Shown piece by piece: positions 1 to 9,946 of a stretch of DNA of 64,000 nucleotides. The notes under the pieces are model-generated. The model made no database searches, was not told the DNA's origin, and saw only the letters and a program-made list of their open reading frames with translations. The stretch spans positions 10,750 through 74,749 of the forward strand of contig JBPCTY010000123.1 in assembly GCA_051011415.1 (NCBI GenBank), given 5' to 3'. Both the position numbers and the translations under genes were made by a program. This stretch comes from Acidimicrobiia bacterium (lineage in GTDB: Bacteria > Actinomycetota > Acidimicrobiia > Spongiisociales > UBA5794). Position 1 is the stretch's first letter. The number at the start of each line of letters is the position of its first letter.

Positions 1-703
1 GCAGATCAACCAATACGGCAATGTATTCCTTGGCCAACTCAAGCCCAGCGGCAACGGTTGCTTCGTCAGAGGCCTGCTGGCCGTCCTGAACCATGCGGTA
101 ACCGTTCTCGGAGGCGCCAGCCTCGACCATTGCGATGTCGATCTCGCCATCAGCGTTCTTCTTGCCGGCGACGACAATTTCGAACACGGCTTCTTCACCC
201 TGCTCGTAGGTTGGGAACGCAATCCACTCACCATCGGTAAGGGCGAGCCGAACGGCTCCGATTGGTCCCTCGAACGGGATCGGGCTGACGGTGAGCGCAG
301 CGGAAGCGGCGTTCAATGTCACGATGTCGTGCGGGTTCTCAAGGTCTGCAGCCAGAACGGTTCCCACAATGTGGGTGTCGTGGCGGTAGCCCTCTGCGAA
401 GTTCGGGCGAAGCGGACGGTCGATCAGGCGATCCGCAAGGATTGCCTTCTCGGATGCGCGGCCTTCACGGCGAAAGAACGATCCTGGGATACGTCCAACT
501 GCGTAGGTGCGCTCTTCAACATCAACGGTGAGCGGGAAGAAGTCCACGCCATCACGGATGCTCCGCTTTGCGGTTGCGGTCACGAGGACCTCTGTGTCTC
601 CAACGCGAGCAACAACTGCTCCGTCGGAAAGTTGTGCGAGCTTTCCAGTGCTCAGCGAGATCTCTACCTCGCCTACACGCCCGCGAACGGTGGTCTCTGC
701 CAC
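1..703 (-). CDS. pnp: polynucleotide phosphorylase, N-terminal part (gene runs off the left edge)
   Basis: Minus-strand frame opens at GTG 703-701 behind an AGGAGA RBS. It reads VAETTVRGRVGEVEISLSTGKLAQLSDGAVVARVGDTEVLVTATAKRSIRDGVDFFPLTVDVEERTYAVGRIPG, a PNPase N-terminus. It lies directly downstream of rpsO. Confidence 0.9.
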   Translation of the reverse strand, partial: MAETTVRGRVGEVEISLSTGKLAQLSDGAVVARVGDTEVLVTATAKRSIRDGVDFFPLTVDVEERTYAVGRIPGSFFRREGRASEKAILADRLIDRPLRPNFAEGYRHDTHIVGTVLAADLENPHDIVTLNAASAALTVSPIPFEGPIGAVRLALTDGEWIAFPTYEQGEEAVFEIVVAGKKNADGEIDIAMVEAGASENGYRMVQDGQQASDEATVAAGLELAKEYIAVLVDL

Positions 704-827
704 TCGTTTCTCCTTTGATTGGGGAGGAGACCCAATTGGCAGTGGTCAGTGTTCGAAATGGCGGGGCCGAACAGTGGCCACTGTCAACTGGAGTGATCCT
801 CCGTTGATTCGTCGTCCAGATATGACA

Positions 828-849
828 GAAGGCGGCTGATGCCGCCTTC
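828..849 (-). terminator. perfect 9-bp stem / 4-nt loop hairpin just after the rpsO stop (rpsO terminator or pnp-leader processing hairpin)
   Basis: gaaggcggc-tgat-gccgccttc read directly, 10 nt downstream of the rpsO stop (860-862). No clean U-tract follows, so it may attenuate rather than terminate. Confidence 0.45.
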
Positions 850-859
850 AGGTCAATTG

Positions 860-1117
860 CTAGCGACGCAGTCCCAGCTTTGCAATCAGGGACCGGTAAC
901 GCTCCACATCTTGTTCTTGGAGGTACCGAAGCAGTCGCCGACGCTTACCGACCATCATGAGCAGTCCTCGTCGGCCGTGATGATCCTTTTGGTGGGTCTT
1001 CAGATGCTCGGTGAGGTGATTGATTCGCTCAGTGAGCAGCGCAACCTGAACCTCCGGGGAACCGGTGTCCGTGGCATGCGTGCCGTATTCGTCTACAACA
1101 GATTTCGTGTCGTTCAC
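860..1117 (-). CDS. rpsO: 30S ribosomal protein S15
   Basis: 85-aa ORF containing [42 protein letters not shown]. Classic rpsO-pnp pairing. Confidence 0.97.
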   Translation of the reverse strand: MNDTKSVVDEYGTHATDTGSPEVQVALLTERINHLTEHLKTHQKDHHGRRGLLMMVGKRRRLLRYLQEQDVERYRSLIAKLGLRR

Positions 1118-1195
1118 GAGGTGCTTTCCAACGCGAGTAAGTAATCGGGCGAACGCCCAACGGGCAGGTTAGCAAGAGGTCGATCTATCGCGCAC

Positions 1196-1579
1196 TCATG
1201 AGAGAACTGCTTCGACCTCGATCTCAACACGCCATACCGGGTCCAGCAGACCGGCAACCACAACCATCGTTGCCGCAGGTTCGGCGTCACCGAAGAGCTC
1301 TTTGTGCGCCATGCCAACAGCATCAGCATCTTGTGGGTCGACAATGAACATCCGGGTCCGAACCACGTCGCGCATCGTTCCACCGAGTGCCGCTATTGCC
1401 TCCTCGGCAATCTGCCCGCAGCGCATCATCTGGGCATATGCCCCAGTCGCAACAGCCTCACCGGGAAGGGGCACAGGCGCGGTGCCTGCAACCTCGATCG
1501 TGTTCCCCACCTTGACGGCACGGGCGAATCCGTACTTGTCCTCGTACGGCGATACCCCGTGATGATGTTGACGTTCCAT
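1196..1579 (-). CDS. RidA/YjgF family (reactive intermediate deaminase-like) protein
   Basis: 127 aa. Size and motifs VGNTIEVAGT, RTRMFIVD and WRVEIEVEAV fit the YjgF/RidA fold family. Confidence 0.75.
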   Translation of the reverse strand: MERQHHHGVSPYEDKYGFARAVKVGNTIEVAGTAPVPLPGEAVATGAYAQMMRCGQIAEEAIAALGGTMRDVVRTRMFIVDPQDADAVGMAHKELFGDAEPAATMVVVAGLLDPVWRVEIEVEAVLS

Positions 1580-1597
1580 GGCGCAACGGTAGCTCGA

Positions 1598-2623
1598 TTA
1601 CTCCACCAGATTCGAGGACCCGCCGCTACCCCACGCAGGCGTCGGGAGGCGTCCACCCTCCCAGTCGCATGATCGTGGTTCTTCCGACTCCTGTGAAATG
1701 CACGCGGCAACTGCGTCGTGGGTAAGGACGCTGCTGTGCGCCTCAAACGCTCTACCGACAAAGACCGGTGGATTCCACCATGAGTCCCACGCTGACGATC
1801 CACCATCCTGCACAAGGTCGTACACCCTCAGATCCTCCGGTGCGTCCACGAAGTTCGTCACGGCCGCGTCTGGATTGTTGATCACGATGGTTTCGACTCC
1901 AGATTTCCCACCCAGACCAGCTCGAACATCGACACATTGCGTGAGATCGCATTGAATGGCTTCGAAGCCCCCATTGTCAGGAATCCATGGAATCCGTTGC
2001 CCGAGCCTTTGTAGCACGCCCATCCACCCGCGAGCGATCGGCGGATCGAGCAGCGCTGCACCCTGATAGCCGTCAATTGGAGCGGTCGTGCCACGATCCA
2101 TTGCTGCGATCATCATGACACCCGCAGCTGCACCTTTGGAGTGATGGATCGAATAGATGTTGCTGTGCGTATCTGACAGACTCCGAATCAGCGCATCGAG
2201 AGCTGCCGCGGCATCCGATGTTTCAACCAGCCGAGAGCTCGTGACCGAATCAGGTCCCCCATCCACAACGCTGTAGTCGAATGCCACCACCCGGTCCTGG
2301 CTCACGCCCATCTTGGCAAGCAACACATCGAAGTCGTCCGGCGAACCTCCGTGGCCGTGCACAACCACAAAGAGCGGTTCGTTGTCGCGTGTTGTCGTGC
2401 GCCGAAGAGCGATTGTTCCCGCACCGACGATCCCAATCAGTGCCGCACCTGGGAGTCCGGGAACAGGCAGAGCCGGCATGTCACCCGGCGCAATCGGCAT
2501 CGTCGGCTCGCGGCGCACCACCGGGGTCGTTTCGAGATGCAATCCATCTCCAGGAGCACCGGTGTCGGTGGCCGGAAACGCAACCGTGGCAAGGATGAAC
2601 GTGAGAGCGAGCGAGCAGAACAT
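1598..2623 (-). CDS. secreted alpha/beta-hydrolase, lipase-like
   Basis: ORF 1598..2863 trimmed to ATG 2623, because the upstream part overlaps ribF. It has a signal-like N-terminus MFCSLALTFILATVAF, FVVVHGHGGSPDDF, and the nucleophile elbow-like IHHSKGAA. Confidence 0.55.
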   Translation of the reverse strand: MFCSLALTFILATVAFPATDTGAPGDGLHLETTPVVRREPTMPIAPGDMPALPVPGLPGAALIGIVGAGTIALRRTTTRDNEPLFVVVHGHGGSPDDFDVLLAKMGVSQDRVVAFDYSVVDGGPDSVTSSRLVETSDAAAALDALIRSLSDTHSNIYSIHHSKGAAAGVMMIAAMDRGTTAPIDGYQGAALLDPPIARGWMGVLQRLGQRIPWIPDNGGFEAIQCDLTQCVDVRAGLGGKSGVETIVINNPDAAVTNFVDAPEDLRVYDLVQDGGSSAWDSWWNPPVFVGRAFEAHSSVLTHDAVAACISQESEEPRSCDWEGGRLPTPAWGSGGSSNLVE

Positions 2624-2690
2624 CGGCTTCCCTTCAGCAAGGTCAGGAAGCGCGAGACTTACCGAAGCATCACACAGCGCTATGCCGTGC

Positions 2691-3623
2691 TCAACCCTCT
2701 TGGGTTGCGAACACCTGCTCGGCTCGTTCGATGTCAACGGCAATCTGGCTGACGAGTTCGTTGACAGAGTCGAATCGTTGCTCACTCCGAATCCGCTCGA
2801 CGAATGCAACGTGGACAGTCTTGCCGGTGAGCTGAAGGTCGTGGCCAAGGATGTGGACCTCAATGGTCTCGGCGCCTCCGCCGAACGTCGGTCTCACGCC
2901 GACATTGCAGACCCCGTTGTAGTCAATGCCGTCGACGGTTGCGACAACCGCATACACGCCGCCGGCTGGTCGGACAAAGCCGTCCGGTACCTCAACGTTG
3001 GCTGTCGGCACGCCAATAGTGCTCCCGCGACCGTCTCCCGACACGACGACCCCATCGACCGCAAACGGTCGACCCAGCATCCGAGCAGCAAGCGCCACTC
3101 CCCCGCTGGCCACTGCCGCACGGATCGAGGACGACCGGACCTGGGTCCCGTGGATCGTGAGTATGGGGGTCGAGACAAGCGAGAACCCACGGCTCTGTCC
3201 CAACAACCGAAGAGTGTCAACTGTGCCAACTGCTTCGTATCCGAATCGAAAGCCGTCACCAACGGCCACGGTCTTGGCGTTGAGCGAGTCAACAAGGAAG
3301 CGGTCTACGAAGGCTTCCGGCGAAAGCCGCATCACATCGACATCGAAGTCGATGATTGCGGTCGCATCAAGACCGGCTTCGTCAAACAGCTCAAGCCGCC
3401 GTTCGAGTGTGGTCAAAGCTGGCGGGGCGGGCGAACCCGATACGACGCCATCTGGATGGGTGGAGAAGGTCATCGCAGTGAGCTGGAGTCCCTCGTCTCC
3501 GGACGCCAGCGCGTCGAACACAGCTCTATGCCCTCGATGGACGCCATCGAAGACGCCGATCGCCACGGCACTACCTGCGGCCGGAGAGGTCCACGTTGCT
3601 GGGTCTCCTGAATACACCTTCAC
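2691..3623 (-). CDS. ribF: bifunctional riboflavin kinase / FAD synthetase
   Basis: 310 aa. Carries AIGVFDGVHRGHRAVF near the N-terminus, with a riboflavin-kinase-sized C-terminal half. 4-nt overlap with truB. Confidence 0.93.
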   Translation of the reverse strand: MKVYSGDPATWTSPAAGSAVAIGVFDGVHRGHRAVFDALASGDEGLQLTAMTFSTHPDGVVSGSPAPPALTTLERRLELFDEAGLDATAIIDFDVDVMRLSPEAFVDRFLVDSLNAKTVAVGDGFRFGYEAVGTVDTLRLLGQSRGFSLVSTPILTIHGTQVRSSSIRAAVASGGVALAARMLGRPFAVDGVVVSGDGRGSTIGVPTANVEVPDGFVRPAGGVYAVVATVDGIDYNGVCNVGVRPTFGGGAETIEVHILGHDLQLTGKTVHVAFVERIRSEQRFDSVNELVSQIAVDIERAEQVFATQEG

Positions 3624-4510
3624 GCCAAAACCACCTCTGGTTTCAAGGATCCTGCGGTGCGACGATACATGGCAATGAGATCTCCGCCACGCGACAGCAC
3701 ACAGACGAGGTCATCGTCGAGCACGTCGTCGTTGAGGGCATCGATCGGCCGACCGTTCCGCACACGCATTTCGGTTGCCTCGTCAACACGCACAGACGCC
3801 ATAGGTGGGAGCGCATCGACCGCTGGTACAAGCATCTCGGAGCCACGCGACTCGTCGAAAGCTGTAGTTGCCTCTTCGACGGAGTGCGCGTCATGAACGG
3901 AGAGACTCCCGTTTGCGATGCGACGGAGAGCAGAGAGATGAGCCCGACCTCCGAGGGCTCTGGCGATGTCGTCGGCCAGGGTTCGCACGTACGTTCCCGT
4001 TGAGCACTCGACTCGGAAGGTCACCTCTGGGTAGTCCGACGGAGCGAAGTCGACCAGTTCAAGCGAATCGATTGTCACAGGCCTCGCCTCTCTCTCCACG
4101 ACCTTGCCCTCGCGCGCGAGTTCATAGAGACGTTTGCCTTCAACCTTCCGTGCGGAGACCATCGGGGGAACCTGAAGGATGTCGCCTTCAAAACGTTCCA
4201 TGGCTGCCCTGGTCGACTCCTCGTCGACAGGCATTGGGTCGCGAGAGAGCACCGCTCCATCGGCATCGAGGGAGTCCGTTGCGACACCGAACTGGGCCGT
4301 TGCGAGGTATTGCTTTCGGGCGCCCTGGACGAAGCGCAGCAACCTTGTCGCTTTGCCCATGCCAAGAACAAGCAGACCGGTCGCCATCGGGTCGAGAGTG
4401 CCCGCATGGCCGACCTTGCCCCCTGCATGGCGCCTCACTTTTGCGACGACGTCATGCGATGTCCAGCCCTGCTCCTTGTCGATAAGCAGAAAGCCGAACA
4501 AGTCGCTCAC
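3620..4510 (-). CDS. truB: tRNA pseudouridine(55) synthase
   Basis: 296 aa. Carries GWTSHDVVAKVRR and the catalytic-Asp motif GHAGTLDPMATGLLVL. Confidence 0.95.
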   Translation of the reverse strand: MSDLFGFLLIDKEQGWTSHDVVAKVRRHAGGKVGHAGTLDPMATGLLVLGMGKATRLLRFVQGARKQYLATAQFGVATDSLDADGAVLSRDPMPVDEESTRAAMERFEGDILQVPPMVSARKVEGKRLYELAREGKVVEREARPVTIDSLELVDFAPSDYPEVTFRVECSTGTYVRTLADDIARALGGRAHLSALRRIANGSLSVHDAHSVEEATTAFDESRGSEMLVPAVDALPPMASVRVDEATEMRVRNGRPIDALNDDVLDDDLVCVLSRGGDLIAMYRRTAGSLKPEVVLA

Positions 4511-5472
4511 GGGAGCTGTGCAACCACGTGCTCAATAACTACATCAACTGGATCAGAGGAGGTGAATCCGGCAGCATTGTGATGTCCGCCACCGCCGAAA
4601 CTGCTCGCGATTGCCGCGACGTTGACGCGACCACGTGATCGAAGCGAGCCCTTGACGACGCCAGCCTCCTTCACTTTGAGCAGGCATGCCACATCGGACT
4701 CTCGTGCGAGTCGCACCAGATCGATGAGTCCGTCTGCCTCGTGGTACTCGAGCCCAGACGCTTCAAGATCCTCTGGAAGCACCATCGACCACACAAACTG
4801 GTGGTCCTCATCGAGGACGGCTCGACCGAGCACGCGTGCGACGAGAGTGAAGTAGCCGAACGGAGCTTCCTCGAACAACCGTTGACTGATGACATCGGGC
4901 TCGACCCCTGCTGCGATCAGGTCGCCGGCGATCGTGTGAGTTGTTTGAGTGGTATTGGAGTACTGGAACCGACCGGTGTCAGTCACAACGCCTGTGTAGA
5001 GCGCTGCTGCGATCTCGGGGGTGAGCGGCCAGTCCAGGAGCAGCAAGATTTCGTGGACGAGTTCGGTCGTGGCCGCGGCGCTCGCATCCACAAGGACCAC
5101 GTCCCCCCACGATCCGTCGGACAGGTGGTGGTCAATAACGACAAGTGAGTCGGCCGACTCCATCTTTCCAACGAGTTCGCCGACGCGTTCGGGAACGGAT
5201 GTGTCCACGGCTACGGCAACGTCGAGGTCTGCGGGAAAGTCCGCTGGCGACACCAGAACAGACGTGTCAAGGAAGGACATCTCCTCCGGAACTACGAAAG
5301 GCTCGGCGAAGGATGCGAACGCTGTCTTCCCCGCGTTGCGTGCGGCGAGGGCCAGAGCGACCATGGATCCCAGCGCATCTCCGTCTGGTCCGACGTGTCC
5401 GACAACGCCGATGGTTTGTGCACCGGAGAGTGCGGCTGCAACAGCCTCGGCGCTTCCAAGACGTGCGGTCAT
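4507..5472 (-). CDS. nrnA: DHH/DHHA1 phosphoesterase (NrnA/CnpB-type nanoRNase)
   Basis: 321 aa. Carries GHVGPDGDALGS, VVIDHH and a C-terminal GGGH motif. Sits between rbfA and truB, as in actinobacteria. Confidence 0.85.
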   Translation of the reverse strand: MTARLGSAEAVAAALSGAQTIGVVGHVGPDGDALGSMVALALAARNAGKTAFASFAEPFVVPEEMSFLDTSVLVSPADFPADLDVAVAVDTSVPERVGELVGKMESADSLVVIDHHLSDGSWGDVVLVDASAAATTELVHEILLLLDWPLTPEIAAALYTGVVTDTGRFQYSNTTQTTHTIAGDLIAAGVEPDVISQRLFEEAPFGYFTLVARVLGRAVLDEDHQFVWSMVLPEDLEASGLEYHEADGLIDLVRLARESDVACLLKVKEAGVVKGSLRSRGRVNVAAIASSFGGGGHHNAAGFTSSDPVDVVIEHVVAQLP

Positions 5473-5855
5473 GCGTGCGCCCCCTCATCGGGTTGCACGT
5501 CGCCGTCTTCGTCTGCCATTTCGGTCAGGATCTGCGAGATACGGATCCCTTCGTCGATCGACGGATCAACCTCGAAAGTGAGTTTTGGGGTGTATCGAAG
5601 GCGAGTCTCCTGACCGAGCGCAGACTGCAATCGCGGCGTTGACCTGCGGAGTGCCTCTGCAGTGTCCTTCTGCTCCTCCTCTGTTCCAAGTACGGAGTAG
5701 TAGATGACAGCGTGTCGTAGATCCGGTGAGGTCTCAGCACCAGTGATCGTCAGAAAGCCGATTCGGGGATCCTTGAGATCGAGCACTGCCTCAGCAATGA
5801 CCTCGCGGACAAGCTCATTGACCTTGCGCATGCGAGGGCTCTTCTGACGTGCCAT
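5469..5855 (-). CDS. rbfA: ribosome-binding factor A
   Basis: 128 aa. Carries RKVNELVREVIAEAV...DPRIGFLTITGAETSPDLRHAVIYYSV. Lies downstream of infB. Confidence 0.93.
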   Translation of the reverse strand: MARQKSPRMRKVNELVREVIAEAVLDLKDPRIGFLTITGAETSPDLRHAVIYYSVLGTEEEQKDTAEALRRSTPRLQSALGQETRLRYTPKLTFEVDPSIDEGIRISQILTEMADEDGDVQPDEGAHA

Positions 5856-5907
5856 GTCATCTCCCGGCGGAAGCGGTCGAACGGTAGCTCAACAGCAGGC
5901 CCGCGGT

Positions 5908-8034
5908 CTAGGTCCTTGCGATCTCGTTGACCTCGTACGACTCGATCGTGTCGCCCTCTTTGATGTCTCTGAAGTTTGCGAGACCGATACCGCACTCGAA
6001 GCCGGTTGCAACGGTCTGTACATCGTCCTTGAAACGACGCAGCGAGACGATCGTGCCGTCGTAGATGACGACGCCGTCGCGCACGAGCCGAGCCCGGGCG
6101 TTTCGATTGATCGAGCCCTCTGTCACATACGATCCGGCAACAAGACCCAGACGCGGTGCCCTGAAGACCTGACGGACCTCTGCCACACCGAGGAACGTCT
6201 CGACCTCTTCTGGGGTGAGTTCGCCCACCAGGAGCGACTCGATGTCGTCGAGGAGCTCGTAGATGATCGAGAAGGTACGAATGTCAATGCCCGATTCCTT
6301 TGCTGCAGATCGCGCTGCCGCATCGGGACGGGCGTTGAACCCATAGATGATTGCGCCGGAAGCCTCAGCAAGCGTGACATCGTTTGCGGTGATTCCACCG
6401 ACGCCGTTGTGAACGATGGTGACAAAACCGTCGTCGCGGCTGATCTTCGCAGCAGTCTCCTTGATGGCCTCGAGTGATCCGTGCGTGTCGGTCTTGACGA
6501 TGATCCTCAGCTCTGAGTGATCCTGCGTTCGGAGCTGTTCAATAAGCATCCCGAGGCGATCCGTCGCCGATGGAACAGTGAGCTCATGCGCACGAATCTC
6601 GTCCGTCTTGGCCTGAGCCATCTTGCGAGCAGCACGCTCATTCTTCGTGACCTCGAACATGTCGCCGGCGGTGGGAACATCATCCCAACCCATCACGACA
6701 ACCGGGGTGCTCGGTCCGGCCTCGGTGAGTGGGTTGCCCGCATCGTCAAAAAGCGCACGAACTCGACCGGGCACTGGCCCGGCGACGATTGCATCGCCCT
6801 TCTTCAAAGTTCCGCGCTGCACAACCGTTGTTGCAACGGGGCCGCGGCCGACCTCGAGCTGCGCCTCAATGACGGTCCCAATTGCGGGCGCCTTCGGATT
6901 GGCCTTGAGCTCTTCGACCTCAGCGACAAGCGAAATCATCTCGAGTAGGTCGTCGATATTTGTCCCGGCAAGTGCCGAGATCTCGATTGCTGGCACATCG
7001 CCACCGAGCTCTTCAACAACAATCTCGTGCTGAGTGAGCGCGGCACGGACTGCGTACGGGTCAGCCGCTTCAAGGTCCATCTTGTTGATTGCGATGATGA
7101 TCGGAACCTCAGCCGCCTTTGCGTGGCTGATTGCTTCCACCGTCTGGGGCATGACCGAGTCATCCGCCGCAACAACGATGATCGCGATGTCCGTGACGTC
7201 TGCGCCTCTCGCTCGGAGTGCCGTAAACGCCTCGTGACCCGGCGTGTCGATGAAGGTGATCCTCGACCCGTTGTGCTCAACTTGGTACGCACCAATGTGT
7301 TGTGTGATGCGTCCGGCTTCGCCGGCGATGACGTTGGCGCTACGGATTGTGTCCAGAAGCTGTGTCTTGCCGTGGTCGACGTGTCCCATGACCGTGACGA
7401 CCGGGGGTCGTTCGATCATCGACTCCGGAGCGTCTTCGTACTCGATGAGGTGCCGTTGCCTGCCCTCGTCCTCCGGCTCCTCATCGGATTCGGCGACGAG
7501 AATCTCCCAGCCAAGCTCTTTACCGAGCGGCTCGATGGCGGCGACTGGAATCTCGCCTCCACCGGGGACCATCTCGCCCATGAACATGAGCGTCTTGACG
7601 ATGTCAGCGGTCCGTATCTGCACCATGCGCGCAAGCTCGTGGACCGTAATGCCTGGCTCGACGAGCAGGACCTTTTCCTCGTCATCGCCTTCATCAGCGT
7701 CGTCATCGTCCGCTTCGCCGTCAACCGCTTCTTCTGCTGCCTCCGACGCTTCCGCCACTTCCTCTTCGGCGTCGGTCTCTCCCGCGGCTTCAACGTCCTC
7801 CGCTGCCGTCTCCGACTCCGGTTCTGGGTCGGGTTCGACACCCACCTCGGTGGCAGGCTCTGTGGTTGTCTTCGTCGTGTCCTCGTAGGACATTCTGACC
7901 AACGCTGCAGCCTCTTCGTCGAGACCCGACGAGGCTGTCTTGACCTCGATACCTAGCTCTTGGGCACGTGCGAGCACGTCCTTGGACTCACGGTCCAGGT
8001 CACGTGCCAATTCGTATACGCGTACTTTCGCCAC
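5908..8034 (-). CDS. infB: translation initiation factor IF-2
   Basis: 708 aa. Starts [13 protein letters not shown], with G-domain motifs [18 protein letters not shown] and NKMD. The N-terminal linker is strongly acidic. Confidence 0.97.
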   Translation of the reverse strand: MAKVRVYELARDLDRESKDVLARAQELGIEVKTASSGLDEEAAALVRMSYEDTTKTTTEPATEVGVEPDPEPESETAAEDVEAAGETDAEEEVAEASEAAEEAVDGEADDDDADEGDDEEKVLLVEPGITVHELARMVQIRTADIVKTLMFMGEMVPGGGEIPVAAIEPLGKELGWEILVAESDEEPEDEGRQRHLIEYEDAPESMIERPPVVTVMGHVDHGKTQLLDTIRSANVIAGEAGRITQHIGAYQVEHNGSRITFIDTPGHEAFTALRARGADVTDIAIIVVAADDSVMPQTVEAISHAKAAEVPIIIAINKMDLEAADPYAVRAALTQHEIVVEELGGDVPAIEISALAGTNIDDLLEMISLVAEVEELKANPKAPAIGTVIEAQLEVGRGPVATTVVQRGTLKKGDAIVAGPVPGRVRALFDDAGNPLTEAGPSTPVVVMGWDDVPTAGDMFEVTKNERAARKMAQAKTDEIRAHELTVPSATDRLGMLIEQLRTQDHSELRIIVKTDTHGSLEAIKETAAKISRDDGFVTIVHNGVGGITANDVTLAEASGAIIYGFNARPDAAARSAAKESGIDIRTFSIIYELLDDIESLLVGELTPEEVETFLGVAEVRQVFRAPRLGLVAGSYVTEGSINRNARARLVRDGVVIYDGTIVSLRRFKDDVQTVATGFECGIGLANFRDIKEGDTIESYEVNEIART

Positions 8035-8062
8035 GCTTACCTCCGCGCCTCAGCGCTACCGA

Positions 8063-9331
8063 TCACTCGTTGGTGTCGGCTTCTTCTTCTGTGTCCTCGG
8101 AAACGTCGGCGTCGGCTTCAGCGTCGGCATCCTCGGTTGGTTGTTCCTCATCTGCATCTTCAGCGACTGCCTCGTCGGCAGCTTCGGCCTCAGGTTCAGC
8201 GTCCGCTTCAGCCTCTGGCTCGTCAGCATCCGGCTGTGAAGCCTCTGCTTCTGGCTCTGTTGGCTCGGAAGCGGTTTCGGCTTCAGCCGAAGCGGCTTCG
8301 CCGGCACCATCGCCCTCTTCTACCGTTTCGAACTCAACGTTCTCGTCGTCTTCCTCATCAAGCCCAAGTTCTTGTGACTCGGAGCGAATGTCGATCCGAT
8401 ATCCGGATAGACGAGCGGCGAGGCGAGCGTTCTGACCCTCCTTGCCGATGGCCAATGACAGCTGATGATCAGGGACGATCACAACTGCGGTCTGCTCTTC
8501 CTCATCGATCTGCACGTCTTGAACCCTGGCTGGACTCAGTGCTTCGGCGATGAAGGCCTTGGAGTCGTCATCCCACTCGACGATGTCGACCTTTTCGCCC
8601 TTCAGCTCGTTGACGACTTGACGCACGCGTGAACCTCTGGCACCGACACATGCACCGACGGGATCAACGTTTGGATCGTTGGATGCCACGGCAATCTTTG
8701 TCCGGTGACCGGCTTCCCTGGCGATGGCCTTGATCTCGATGTCGCCGTCGACAAGCTCGGGGACCTCAAGCTCGAACAGCGCCCTGATGAAGTCAGGATG
8801 GCTACGAGATACGACGATCTGCGGGCCCTTGCCTTCACCGCGGACCTCGAGGATCCATGCTTTGACACGGTTTCCCCGCTCCAGGCGCTCATAAGGAATC
8901 TTCTCCGAGCCAGGCAGAATCGCCTCGGCGTCTCCAAGATCAACGATGGAATAGCGATGGTCCGATTGCTGGATGATGCCAGTGATGAGATCGCCCTCAC
9001 GCCCTTCATAGAGGTCAAAGACTTGCTCTCGCTTCGCATCACGAAGACGTTGGAGGATCACCTGCTTGGCGGTCGTTGCGGCAATACGTCCAAAGTCGTC
9101 AGGGGTGTCTTCCCACTCATCGATGACGTTGCCCTCTTCATCGAGCTCCTGGCCGTAGACGCTGATCTCACCGGTATCTGCATCGATCGTGACACGGGCT
9201 TCTTCGGCGGCTCCCGGCGTCCGCTTGTAGGCAGACACGAGCGCATTCGCGAGGGCCTCGAGAATGGTGTCGCGTGGAACCCCCTTCTCGCGTTCGAGCA
9301 ATTCGAGCGCATCCATCAGGTTGTAGTCCAT
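8063..9331 (-). CDS. nusA: transcription termination/antitermination factor NusA with acidic C-terminal tail
   Basis: 422 aa. Starts MDALELLEREKGVPRDTILEAL, followed by S1 and two KH regions (IGACVGARGSRV, LAIGKEGQNARLA). The last ~100 aa are Glu/Asp/Ala low complexity. Confidence 0.95.
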   Translation of the reverse strand: MDYNLMDALELLEREKGVPRDTILEALANALVSAYKRTPGAAEEARVTIDADTGEISVYGQELDEEGNVIDEWEDTPDDFGRIAATTAKQVILQRLRDAKREQVFDLYEGREGDLITGIIQQSDHRYSIVDLGDAEAILPGSEKIPYERLERGNRVKAWILEVRGEGKGPQIVVSRSHPDFIRALFELEVPELVDGDIEIKAIAREAGHRTKIAVASNDPNVDPVGACVGARGSRVRQVVNELKGEKVDIVEWDDDSKAFIAEALSPARVQDVQIDEEEQTAVVIVPDHQLSLAIGKEGQNARLAARLSGYRIDIRSESQELGLDEEDDENVEFETVEEGDGAGEAASAEAETASEPTEPEAEASQPDADEPEAEADAEPEAEAADEAVAEDADEEQPTEDADAEADADVSEDTEEEADTNE

Positions 9332-9339
9332 GGTGTCTC

Positions 9340-9819
9340 CTACGAGCTAGTGGCGGTCTTCTCGCCCTTTTCCCATACGAAGATCGTCTTTGCAGAAGCG
9401 ACATCTCCGTAGGAAATCGGACGGTCAGTACCGTCGATGGTGAGGGTGAATTCGTCTGAGTCTGCGGCCTTCAAGATGCCGCGGTGGTTCTTGGTTCCAT
9501 CGATCTCGGCGAACGTCTTGACCTTGACGTCGCGACCAATCGATTTCTCGTAATGGCGTGGCCTGCTGAGTTTGCGTTCGAGGCCTGGTGAGGAAACTTC
9601 AAGTGTGTATGAGCCTTTGAACGGATCGTCCTCATCGATGAGACGGCTGATCCCTCGGGACAGGTCTGCGATCACGTCCACTCCAAGCGTGTCATCTGCA
9701 TCGATTGTGACGCGCACGATCTGGCCACCGCCGAGGACCTCGACATCGTCGAGCTCCACGCCTTCGGCCGATACGTACGGATCAATGCGATCCCACAGCT
9801 TTTCAGCGACGCTTGCCAC
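9340..9819 (-). CDS. rimP: ribosome maturation factor RimP
   Basis: ORF 9340..9924 trimmed to the in-frame GTG at 9819, preceded by AAGGAG. Carries YTLEVSSPGLERKL. Sits upstream of nusA. Confidence 0.85.
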   Translation of the reverse strand: MASVAEKLWDRIDPYVSAEGVELDDVEVLGGGQIVRVTIDADDTLGVDVIADLSRGISRLIDEDDPFKGSYTLEVSSPGLERKLSRPRHYEKSIGRDVKVKTFAEIDGTKNHRGILKAADSDEFTLTIDGTDRPISYGDVASAKTIFVWEKGEKTATSS

Positions 9820-9946
9820 CGTGCTCCTTACACACCAATAGAGAGCTCTGCCCAAACAAAGAGGCGGGCCACGGCCCACCTCTGCAGAGATCTCGGTTCG
9901 TTGCAGCGGAGTATACCAGTCCACCGTGGTGGTGGACTTTCCCGGG

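Noticed and set aside
2313-3611. 432-aa plus-strand ORF
   Set aside because: It lies entirely antisense to the confidently identified ribF and lipase genes. Its Arg/Ser/Pro/Ala-rich composition is typical of open antisense frames in GC-rich DNA.
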